The translations under genes and the position numbers were made by a program. This document shows, in pieces, positions 46,893 to 57,956 of a DNA stretch of 64,000 bases; position 1 is the first letter of the stretch; each line of letters opens with the position of its first letter. Under the pieces are notes generated by a model. The model was not told the origin of the DNA, ran no database searches, and saw nothing but the letters and a program-made list of their open reading frames with translations. The DNA comes from the human T2T-CHM13v2.0 reference genome, Homo sapiens, in assembly GCF_009914755.1 (NCBI RefSeq), contig NC_060941.1; one strand, given 5' to 3'.

Positions 46893-47210
46893 TGATCCGC
46901 CTGCCTCAGCCTCCCAAAGTGCTAGAATTACAGTCATGAGCCACGGCATCCGGTCAATGTTAAATATCTTTTATTATAATTATTTACCATTCATATATCT
47001 TTTTTGGTGAAGTGTCTGTTAAAATATTCTGCCCATTTTTCACTGGGTTATTTATTTTCTTATTATTGAGTTTTGAGAGTTCTTACATATTCTGGATACA
47101 AGTTCTTTATCAGATACATGTTTTCCAAACACTTTCTGCCAATTTGTGGCTCGTCTTTTCTTTTTGTTTTTCTTTTCTCTTTTGAGACGGGGTCTTACTC
47201 CATCATCTGA

Positions 47211-47771
<561 letters not shown>

Positions 47772-48924
47772 TCATTGCCAAAATGAAGGTCACCTAGATT
47801 TTCTTTTGTGTTATCTTCCAGAAATGTTATAGTTTTGTGTTTTGCAATTAGCTCTTGATTCATTTTTAGTTAATTTTTGTGAAAGATGTAAAGGTCCATT
47901 ATGTCTAGACTTTTTTTTTTTTTTTTTTGCATATGGATGTCCACTTGGCCCAGCACCGTCTGTTGAAAAGACTATTCTTTCTCCATGGATTGCTTTTGCT
48001 CCTTTGTCAAAGACCTGTTGACTATATTTCTATGAGTCTATTTCTGGGCTCTGTATTCGGTTTCATTTATCTATATGTCTATTCTTTAACCAATACCATG
48101 TTGCCTTTATTTCTGCAGCTTAATATATAGTAAGTCTTGAAGTTGGGTAATGTCAGTCTTCCAACTTTATTTTCCTTCTTCAGGATTGTGTTAGCTCTTC
48201 TGGTTTTTTGCCTTTCCATATAAACTTTAGAATAATTTTGTTGAAGTCACAAAATAGTTTCCTGGGATTTTGATCAGGGTTGCAGTGAATCTATAGATCT
48301 AGTTGGGAAGAACTGACATCTTGACAATTTTGAATCTAATCTGATCTATAAACATGGAACATGTCGTTCTTCTTTTTTTTTTTTAATCTTGGCTCACTGC
48401 AGCCTCTGCCTCCAAGGTTCAAGTGATTCTCCTGCCTCAGCCTCCCAAGTAGCTGGAATTACAGGTGTGAGCCACCACACCTGGCTAATTTTTGTATTTT
48501 TAGTAGAGACAGGGTTTGCCATGTTGGCCAGGTTGGTCTCCAACTCCTAACCTCAGGTGATCCACCCACCTCATCCTCCCAAAGTGCTGGGATTATAGGC
48601 ATGAGCCACTGCACCCAGCTGGAACATGTCTTTCCATGTTTAGATTTTCTTTGGTTTCTTTTACCAGTTGTATAGTTTTTCTCGCATAGCTTTTATACAT
48701 ATTTTTAAAAGATGTACACGTTAAGTATTTTTTTACGTTAATGTAAATGGTTTCTGTTTAATTTCAAATTCCAATTGTTCATTGCTGATATAAAGGAAAG
48801 CAACTGACATTTGTATATTAACTGTGTATCCTGACACCTTGGCTTTTTAGATGATGACAATAGGAGCCCCCAAACCCTTGGCCTTGGGTTGTTCCTGACT
48901 TTCCCAAGTGATCTTCGACTTTTG

Positions 48925-49146
48925 GAATCTGCATGCAAAGGAAAGAAGGAGTTTCCCATACTTCTCCTTGGAATGGCCTGGCCCAAGCACAGCCTCCTTG
49001 GCCAAGGCCCCTGCCTCCATGGGACCCTGGCCTTTGGAAAGTAGAGGTGAGAGAGGAGGCCGCAGGTTTAGGAGACAGGGTGGGGGTGGGAGCCGCAGGT
49101 CTTGCCGGCTCTGCACGGATGGCCCTAGGAAAGTCACACCAGGTGG
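48925..49146 (+). repeat. Copy A of a ~220-bp inverted duplication of unique sequence
   Basis: Collinear with the reverse complement of 52648-52866. Confidence 0.88.
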
Positions 49147-49232
49147 ATGGAGTGCCTCACATATAGAAAGGGCAACTACGGTTTTGTGAAACTTTTGTTT
49201 CAGTTATTTACATGAATATGTGTACTGAATCA

Positions 49233-49544
<312 letters not shown>

Positions 49545-50034
49545 TCACTATGTGTTGCAGTCAAAACATTTGAAAGCCCCTGTCACAGAGGGGTTTTCTT
49601 CCCTAAGGATTACAGATTAGAGGTGGGCTCCGTTCAGCTCAGCGGGGGGCTCAGTACCTGCCTCCCAAAAGTTTGTCCCATGCCACCAGCACCTCTGGCC
49701 CTGTGGGGTGAATCAAAGCTCTCAGCAGCTGAGCTCAGTTCTCAACTGTTCTGACCACCCACATTCTACGGAGTGTCTTTACTTTGAGATCATCTTGACT
49801 CTCGGTTTCTGTTAAAGAGTAAAACAACAACAACCATAGCTTTTTTTTTTTAGATTTTTAAAGCACTGAGTCTGTCAACTCAGTGCTTAAAAAAGCACAG
49901 TTCTCAGAAAAGAGAACACACTTTGGAGAGGCAATTCATTGAGTATTTTTAGCAGGAACCTAAAAGGGGCAGCTCAGGGTAGTTGTGGCATTTAATTATG
50001 ACCAGGAGAGGCCATTGGAGAATTTTAGGCAGGT

Positions 50035-50523
50035 GTGTTCATTTCCTGGGGCTGCTAAACAAATGACCAGGAACTTGGTGGCTTAAAACAGCACACATTT
50101 ATTATCTGACAGTTCTGGAGGCTGGAGGTATGACACCACAGTGTTGGCAGGGCCACGCTCCCTCCAGAGGCTTTAGGGGAGAGTCCTTTTCCTCTTCCAG
50201 TTTCTGGGGGCTCAGGTGTTCCTGGGCTTGTGGGTGCATCGCTCTAATCTCTGCTTCTATCTGCACATGACTTTCCCGTCTTCTGTGTCTCGATTCTGTC
50301 TCTGCCTTTTATAAGGATACCCGTCATTGGATTTAGGGCCCTCCTCGGTAATCCAGCATGATCTCATCTCAAGATCCTTAATTTCATCTGCAAAGACCCT
50401 TTTCCCAAATCTCATCTGCAAAGACCCTTTTCCCAAGGTCACGGTCACTGTCTCTGTGGGTTAGAACATGGATATATTTGGCAGGGGTGGGGGGCTGGGG
50501 GGAGCACCACTCAACCCACTACA
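50035..50523 (-). mobile_element. MLT1C-like LTR with an internal 28-bp tandem duplication
   Basis: ggtggcttaaaacagcacacatttattatctgacagttctggaggctgg...; tcatctgcaaagacccttttcccaa occurs twice at ~50383-50435. Confidence 0.75.
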
Positions 50524-52647
50524 TTGAACATTTAAACTTTACCCGTATTTTACAACCCAGTTGCGGCTTTTGTTTTGTTTTGCTTTGTCATTTAAAGTCA
50601 GGAAGGCCTCCTGAAAGAAGTTGTTTCTGAAATCGGTCAGGAAGCAGTGGGCTGGGAGAAGACAGAGCAGGCCAGGGGTGAGAGAGTGTTTAGGACAGAG
50701 GACAATGTCTGTGTGAGGTGGAAGGGGGAGTACTGTGAGGAGCTCTTAAAGGTCTGAAAGCGCGATATGGCAGCCTCCAGAGTTTGAGAGTGAAAGGGAC
50801 AGATGGTAAGACCAGGGAAGTAAATGGAGGCAGAAGGTCACGGCAGTCCAGAACAATGCTTTGGCCTGCTCTTGAAGGCGTGGGGAAGCTGTCTTTAAGC
50901 CACAAGTCTTGGAATCATGATCAGTCAGAAAGAAACCTGTTTCTCATCCCTACTCCAGCTCACCCCCACACAGCCATTGGACATTTTGTTTTTATTTTTC
51001 ATTTTTATTTTTGAGTCAGGGTCTCGCTCTGTCACCTAGGCTGGAGCATGATGGCGTGACCTCGGCTCACCATGACCTTCTCCTCCCGGGTTCAAGTGAT
51101 TCTCATGCCTCAGCCTCCCAAGTAGCTGGGATTACAGGCACGCGCCACCACGCCCAGCTAATTTTTGTAATTTTAGTAGGGACGGGGTTTTACCATGTTG
51201 GCCAGGCTGGTCTCGAACTCCTGACCTCTGGTGACCTGCCCGCCTTGGCCTCCCAAAGTGCTGGGATTATAGGTGTGAGCCACTGCACCCAGCCTTCATT
51301 GGATATTTTGTATTGTTGGAATGAGAGTGAGGGGTGCAATTAGCTTTAGAGATGTTGTCCTTCTTTGCTCAGCAGCAAGCAGGGAAGCAGAGAGGCCCAA
51401 GAGTCTCACACCTTCTCATTTCCCTGTCATTCAAAGGGAGAAAGAAGGAAGGCAGGAGCTCCAGAGTGTGAAGAGTAGAGTAGCTGTGGAAACTTTTAGG
51501 GTGGGGGAGACCCGAGGGGGATAGAGGCCATGCCTCTGTTTGTGGTATTCCTACAGGCCTGGGAAGAGTGGAAACCCGCCCTCGCTGTGTCCCAGCAGAG
51601 CAGGGTGGTGGAGCCGGCCCCAGCCCCGCAGCCCCACAGCCTTGTGGCTTCTGCACTCTGGTGTTTGTCTTGGCTGAGAGCTCCACAGGGCTTTTTGAAG
51701 CTGATTCCATCAAGGCAAAGCTGGAGGAGTCAGGACATGGGATCACAGAAGAGGCAGCTGGAAGGGGCCTCAGATGGGGAAATAGAGGGGGTCCCACAGT
51801 GAGATGATGGCAAAGCAGGAAGAGAGCCCAGGGCTCCTGACTCCTTGCACAGTGCTCAAACCAAGACCATGTAGCTTCCCGAGTGGGTGAGGAGCCCGAG
51901 ACAGGCTCCAAATCTTCTAGGAAGACATTTGAATGCCAAAGGAGCCCAGAATTGTGCTGTCCCAGAGGTGCCTCCTCTTCTGGGTTCCTGACACAGAGAC
52001 TCCAGGACTCCAGATTCCAGGGGCTCACTGCACCTGTAGACCCCCCCGGGCCAGGCAAGGGTCTCCAAGGAGGCCTAGCTGGCCCGGGACACTGGGCCAT
52101 GCCCCACCCCTGACAACCCCATAATTCTCAGATCTGGATTCAGGACTGCCCTTGCTTTACCTCTCTGCTCAGTGAGGACCCTCCCGTGTCCTGTTCCACA
52201 CAGATGCAGATGGATCACGTGTCTCACAGCTGAAGGCCTCCCCCATCCGTCTCCACCATCTGCTGAGGCCCCATAATTATTCCAAGGCCCGGTGCAGCCT
52301 CACTCAGAGGGGAGAGTTCACGCGGTCCTGTAATGCAACCCAGGCCCGAGGCCGCGCGGGCAGGGGGTCCCAGCTGGGTAATGAGCCGCTGGCTTTATTG
52401 AATTCTCCGGCTTGAGTCTGACTAATCACTGCCTTTAGCCAAGGCAACCTGGGCTGCCATCTGAGCACCCTGGCTAGGACTTCCTTTCCTTCTCAGCACC
52501 CCAATTCCTGCCCCTCCTCCCCAAACATGTTTAAATGACCAAGATCAGAGCGGGAGGGGCTCCTGGGGGGCTGGTTTCCCCCCATCCATTTGGGAGAAAA
52601 TGTGGCTGGCTCAGATCTGGGGCCCAAGCAGGGTAGACCAGAATGGG

Positions 52648-52866
52648 CCGCTGGGGTGTACTTTGCTGGGGCCACCCTGTGCCGCGCCTGCAAGACCTGC
52701 AGCTCCCACCCCCACCCCATCTCCTAAACCTGCTGACGTCCCTATCACCTCCCCTTTCCGGAGGCCTGGGCCCCGCGGAGGGAGGGCCTTGGCCGAGGAG
52801 ACTGTGGTGTGGGCCAGGCCTTTCCAAGGAGAGGTGTAGGAAATGCCTTCCCTCCTTTGAGATTCT
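52648..52866 (-). repeat. Copy B of a ~220-bp inverted duplication of unique sequence
   Basis: Shared blocks include tctccttggaa.ggcctggccca and gcaggtttaggaga..gggtgggggtgggagc.gcaggtcttgc. Confidence 0.88.
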
Positions 52867-53003
52867 GCCCAGGCTTGGGCCCCACCCAATGTCATGGTCG
52901 TGCGAGAGCCAGCCCCAGGTCTCTCCCTCCTCTCTGTTCCCCAGCCCTGAGAGGACTCCCCACCAGCATTCACCATTCTTATCTCTGCATGCTGGCTTTC
53001 TAG

Positions 53004-53231
<228 letters not shown>

Positions 53232-56200
53232 TAGTAGAGACGGGGTTTCACCATGCTGGCCAAGCTGATCTCAAACTCCTGACCTCAGGTGATCTGCTCA
53301 CCTTGGCCTCCCAAAGAGTTAGGATTACAGGCATGAGCCACCATGCCTGGCCAGTTATTGGTTCCGATGTGCCCAGAACTTGGCACACAGTAGGTGCTCT
53401 AAAAAACCTTTGTGGAGAGAAATAGAGGGAGCAGGTGCAGTGTGAGGTAGGAGTGTGGGTGTGGGGTGTGCATAAGCCACGTGGCACCCAAGATACTCTT
53501 GTGGCACCTCTGTACCTCCCCATCGCGGCTGCTGGGGGCTGGCTGACTTGGGAAATGGTATCAGCTGTGCTGTCCCGTCAAGACCCTAGCGGCTCAGGAG
53601 TTGTTAATGTCAGGGTGAACCTGAGGTCAAGGGTCACTGAGAGTGACCTGGTGACCTCCTCCCACGGCTCCTAGAGCAGATTTGAACCCACCCTGGCAGT
53701 GTGAAGAATCCATGGTTCTCCACCCTGTGACAATGGTGGGGGATGGAGGGGCCCTTCCAAGATGGGGCCAAGCCCAGCCCTCTCTGACCTCTCATTCTGA
53801 GTAGCAGGAGAGCTGTGCCTGGTGTCCTTGGGGAAAGGGGAAAAGGCAGATCACGCCCGAGGCCAGGCCTCTGCTCAGGAGACCCAGCCCAGCCTCTGCT
53901 CCCAGTGGCCTGAGTGGAGGAGGCCCGGTGGACAGTGGGCATGTGCCACTGAGCCGCTCCCGCTGGGCCCACCTTCAGTACCGTGGGTTTGGTGAGGGTA
54001 GGGCCCACACCACCCACAGGGAAGAGTGTGAGGGACACAGAGTCAGACACACAGACACACCAAGAGGAGAGAGAGAAGGAGGCAGATCCAGAGCCAGTTC
54101 CAAGGGCCTCTGGGAGGGAGGAGAAGACTTCAAAGCGCTCCCAAACAGCTTATAAACAAGCCAGTGGGCGGGGCAGCCAGCATGGGCTGGGGGTCGCTTT
54201 CTGGAGGGGCTGGAAGCTTGCACGGGGTGTGTGGAGGCCATAGGCCCGGGGTGGGCAGGAGGAGGGCCCAGCCTAACCTCTCTGTGACTCGGTTTCCTCT
54301 CCCGCGCTAGGGAGCTCCCTCCTGGGGCTGCCGTGGGGTCAGCAGCAACGTGCAGGTGAAAACACTGTGTGGGCTCCAGGCCGATCAGATGTTATTTATT
54401 ATTCTGAGCTGTGTTTTGGTGGGAGACTTGGAAGGGCTGGAGGGAGAGTCAGAGTGCTTTGGGCTCCTCTCTTTCCCGATGCTGCTTTGAGAGTTCTCAG
54501 AGTAGAACGTCCAGGAATGGGGCCCGGGAAGGAGAAGTCCGTGGCTTGAGACAGGACCAGGCTGGGTGTGGGGGCTTTCTCCATCAGCCCCAGGAGTGGG
54601 GGTAGGATGGCCAAGCTTCCCCTGCCCTGCCGTGTGCCCCTCTCCTGCCCTCCTCAGCACCCCCCAACCTCTGCTCGGTGCCTCCCCTCCTCCGACCCCC
54701 TCTCATCTCTCCCACACCCTCTAATGGTCTCTTGGGACTGCCCAGAAATCGGCCTCCTCTCCTTGGATACTTGTCCTGGCCTAATGGGGCTGTGACAGTT
54801 TTTCTAAGTCCTGCTTATAAATGTGTCACTGTCCATGTCCCTTTGTGCTATCAAAGGAGGCTGCGCAAACCGCGTTTGTCCAAGGGCTGTGTGAAGGCCC
54901 CCGCGCGGAGCAGCTGGAACACGGGCTGATGAAATTACGGGGAATTCAAAGCAGCCGGCGTCGCCCGCTGTCTGGCTTCATTACGGGGACTGGCCTCGAA
55001 GGGAAGTTTATTCCAATAATTTAGAGGATTAGGATCTGACACCCTTCATTAGCGATTTGACATAAGCAGAAAAGACAGATCCTGCAGAATGGCCGCACAA
55101 CGGGAAGGGACCAGCTCAGGCGGGGAGAAGGCAGCACCCGCCCGGCTGGGAAGGGGAAGGGTCTGGGTGTGGAAGCGAGGGTCCCGTGGCCGTTTTACAG
55201 TCCTGTGAGATGGCGAGCTGTGTTCTTGAAGGGGAAAGTGGACGTGGGGAAGGAGCGGCCTGGGCTCAGGCCTCAGTTTCCTTAGCTGTAAAGCGAGATT
55301 ACCTTCAGGATCCCTTCCGTATCTGATGCGTGTGGGGGCCACTCCACCTACTGTCCCCGGGACACAGCAGCTCCTCAAGGCCCTTGTGGTTTGGCCTTGG
55401 AAAGGTACCTCTCTTTCGGGGCTCTATGTGCCTCCGCCCCCTACCCCCAGGATCGAGTGACCAACTCGAAAACACTCAGACTGCAGGCTGCTCTGTGGCA
55501 TTTTAGATAGAAGCCATTTGCTGCCAAATGGGGGAGGAATCGCCCCCAGCCCCTGGCAGCTTCTGGCTCTCTTCCCGGCCCCTCCACAAATATAGCCCCT
55601 GATGTTTCAAAAATTTCTTGTCCAGTCTGTGAAAACCAGAGTTTGGGCTGTGCCTTGACAGCAGTTCTGGCAGATGGATGGGGGAGGGGTGATTTTAAAA
55701 GGCCCCTGCCCACACCCAGCAAGCTGGTGTCCCTGTTTCCTGTACCGTGGTGGGGTAGCTGTGCGACATAGGCAGGTTGCTTAGCCTCTCTGTGCGTCCT
55801 TTCCTCCGATCTGAAATGGAGGTGCAGTTTGTTGTGAGGATTAAATGAGATGATGCGTTCAGAGAAGCCACACGTGTGAAGAGCCCAGTGCATCTGGCAG
55901 CTGGTACCACCAGGACTGCTCACTCTGTGCGACCTTGGACAAGTCGCTCGCCCTCTTCGACCACAGACCTTCTCCTTTGGGAAGTGGGGGAGGCCAGACA
56001 AGGCTGGCAGTCAGAAGGAGCTCACTGAAGAGCAGCCACTGTGGTCGTCAGCGAGGGCAGCTGGACTCCGGCACAATCCTGAGACACTGTGACCGCGGAG
56101 GTTTTCTCGGTGTGTCGATGGAAGAGGGAGGAATGTGATCCGTCCCAGCCGCCGGCGGGGCCAGAGCATATCTGGTATGTGTCTCTGGAATGATTTGGGG

Positions 56201-56796
56201 AAAATTAACTGAAGTTGGAACTTAAGACGCAAACTGCCCTGGACACAGAGATACAGAGCTGTCCGTGCGCACACCCCCCACAAAGGGCCGGGGCCGGGGT
56301 GGGAGTCGGCTTACAGGGCACAGCGCGGCGCAGGCCCGCCCTGGAATGGCCGTGAACTTGTTGTTTTTCCACGTCATTTGCTCTCAAATGTACTATCAAG
56401 CCGGGCGATGCTAACCCGGTGGCTGCAGGTCCCTCCTCGTAACAAGCGATTGTGTGTTCTTTAGAGGTGGCCAAAGGGGAGGAGGGGGCCCGGCCCCAAG
56501 GAGGTGGGGGAAAGGGAAACAAGCCCTCCTTCAGAGTGAGCTTGCGTGTCCTGGAGCCAGCTCCCCGCAAAGCACATGCCATTTCTGGCCCTTGAAGGGG
56601 TTAAAGGCCTCCTGGAGTCAAAAACAAGCAGGTGTCCCACCGTGCCAGATACGCTGCCTAAACTGCTTCCAGCTTCTTTTTTTTTTTTCCCCCCTTCTGC
56701 AATAAGTCTGTGATCAGCCACGGGACAGAGGCGCCAGCAGCCTGCCTGTGACAGGCATCAGGTTAGCTGGCTCCCACTCGGGTGGCGCGCCCAGGA

Positions 56797-56802
56797 TATA
56801 AA
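56797..56802 (+). promoter_or_regulatory. Candidate TATA box of WFIKKN2 in a GC/CpG-rich promoter region
   Basis: TATAAA lies in GC-rich context ~280 bp upstream of the ATG. I see no ATG between it and 57079. CpG is enriched over ~56250-56830. Confidence 0.65.
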
Positions 56803-57078
56803 TCCGGGCGCGGGCCCCTGCTGTGGCTCCTCTCCCTGCACACTCAGGAGAGGGAGCTTCCTTCTAAAGACCTTTCTTTTATCTGAAGCCGCACAGCCCG
56901 GCAGGCTGTGCTGACTTGGTGGAGGCAGCAGCGGCAGAGCAGCCTGAGCAGCAGCCTGAGCAGGAAACCTGCTGGGGTGGGGAGGGCAGGTGTCTGCAGC
57001 CCCTGAGAAGAAGGCCCTGGTGGGCCCCAGACCCTGGCATCGTTTCAGGGGAGGTCTCTAGCCGCCCCAGCCTGCACC

Positions 57079-57288
57079 ATGTGGGCCCCAAGGTGTCGCC
57101 GGTTCTGGTCTCGCTGGGAGCAGGTGGCAGCGCTGCTGCTGCTGCTGCTACTGCTCGGGGTGCCCCCGCGAAGCCTGGCGCTGCCGCCCATCCGCTATTC
57201 CCACGCCGGCATCTGCCCCAACGACATGAATCCCAACCTCTGGGTGGACGCACAGAGCACCTGCAGGCGGGAGTGTGAGACGGACCAG
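57079..57288 (+). CDS. WFIKKN2: WFIKKN2 coding exon 1: signal peptide and N-terminal half of the WAP domain (70 codons)
   Basis: Starts caccATGt and translates [70 protein letters not shown]. Ends at the consensus donor CAG|GTGAGT (57288|57289), phase 0. Confidence 0.97.
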
Positions 57289-57371
57289 GTGAGTGGGGTC
57301 CAGAGACCAGAGATGGACCACGTGAGCCTGTGAGTGACGGGGGTGGGAGCCGTCGGGGAGGGACTGTGTGG

Positions 57372-57956
57372 GAGTGTGAGGAGGACAACGTGAGTGGGGT
57401 CCAGAAGCCACAGTGTGAGGCGGACCAGGTGAGTGGTGTCCGGAAGCAGGAGTGTGAGATGGACCAGGTGAGTGGGATCCAGAAGCCACAGTGTGAGGCA
57501 GACCAGGTGAATGGGGTCCAGAAGCCGCAATGTGAGATGGACCAGGTGAGTGGTATCTAGAAGTGGGAGTGTGAGGTTGACCAGGTGAGTGGGGTCCAGA
57601 AGCCGGTGTGTGAGGCGGACCAGGTGAGTGGGGTCCAGAAGCCACAGTGTGAGATGGACCAGGTGAGTGGGGTCCAGAAGCCGCAATGTGAGATGGACCA
57701 GGTGAGTGGGATCTAGAAGTGGGAGTGTGAGGTGGACCAGGTGAGTGGGGTCCAGAAGCCACAGTGTGAGATGGACCAGGTGAGTGGGATCCAGAAGCTG
57801 GAGTGTGAGGCGGACCAGGTGAGTGGGATCTAGAAGTGGGAGTATGAGGTGGACCAGGTGAGTGGGGTCCAGAAGCCACAGTGTGAGATGGACCAGGTGA
57901 GTGGGATCCAGAAGCTGGAGTGTGAGGCGGACCAGGTGAGTGGGGTCCAGAAGCCA
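57372..57956 (+). repeat. 39-bp minisatellite, 15 units, in WFIKKN2 intron 1, derived from the exon1/intron1 junction
   Basis: Consensus (G/C)AGTGTGAG(AT/GC)GGACCAG|GTGAGTGGG(G/A)TCCAGAAGCCA. The GT dinucleotides recur exactly every 39 nt, from after 57389 to after 57935. Confidence 0.97.

Noticed and set aside
51369-52100. 243-aa minus-strand ORF, and similar ORFs at 21370-22008 and 55441-56001
   Set aside because: They have no recognisable domain or splice structure and are expected by chance in GC-rich DNA.
57372-57956. Superficial CRISPR-like pattern of constant core plus variable segment
   Set aside because: The variable parts are homologous variants of one sequence, not unique spacers. 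This is human DNA with no cas genes.
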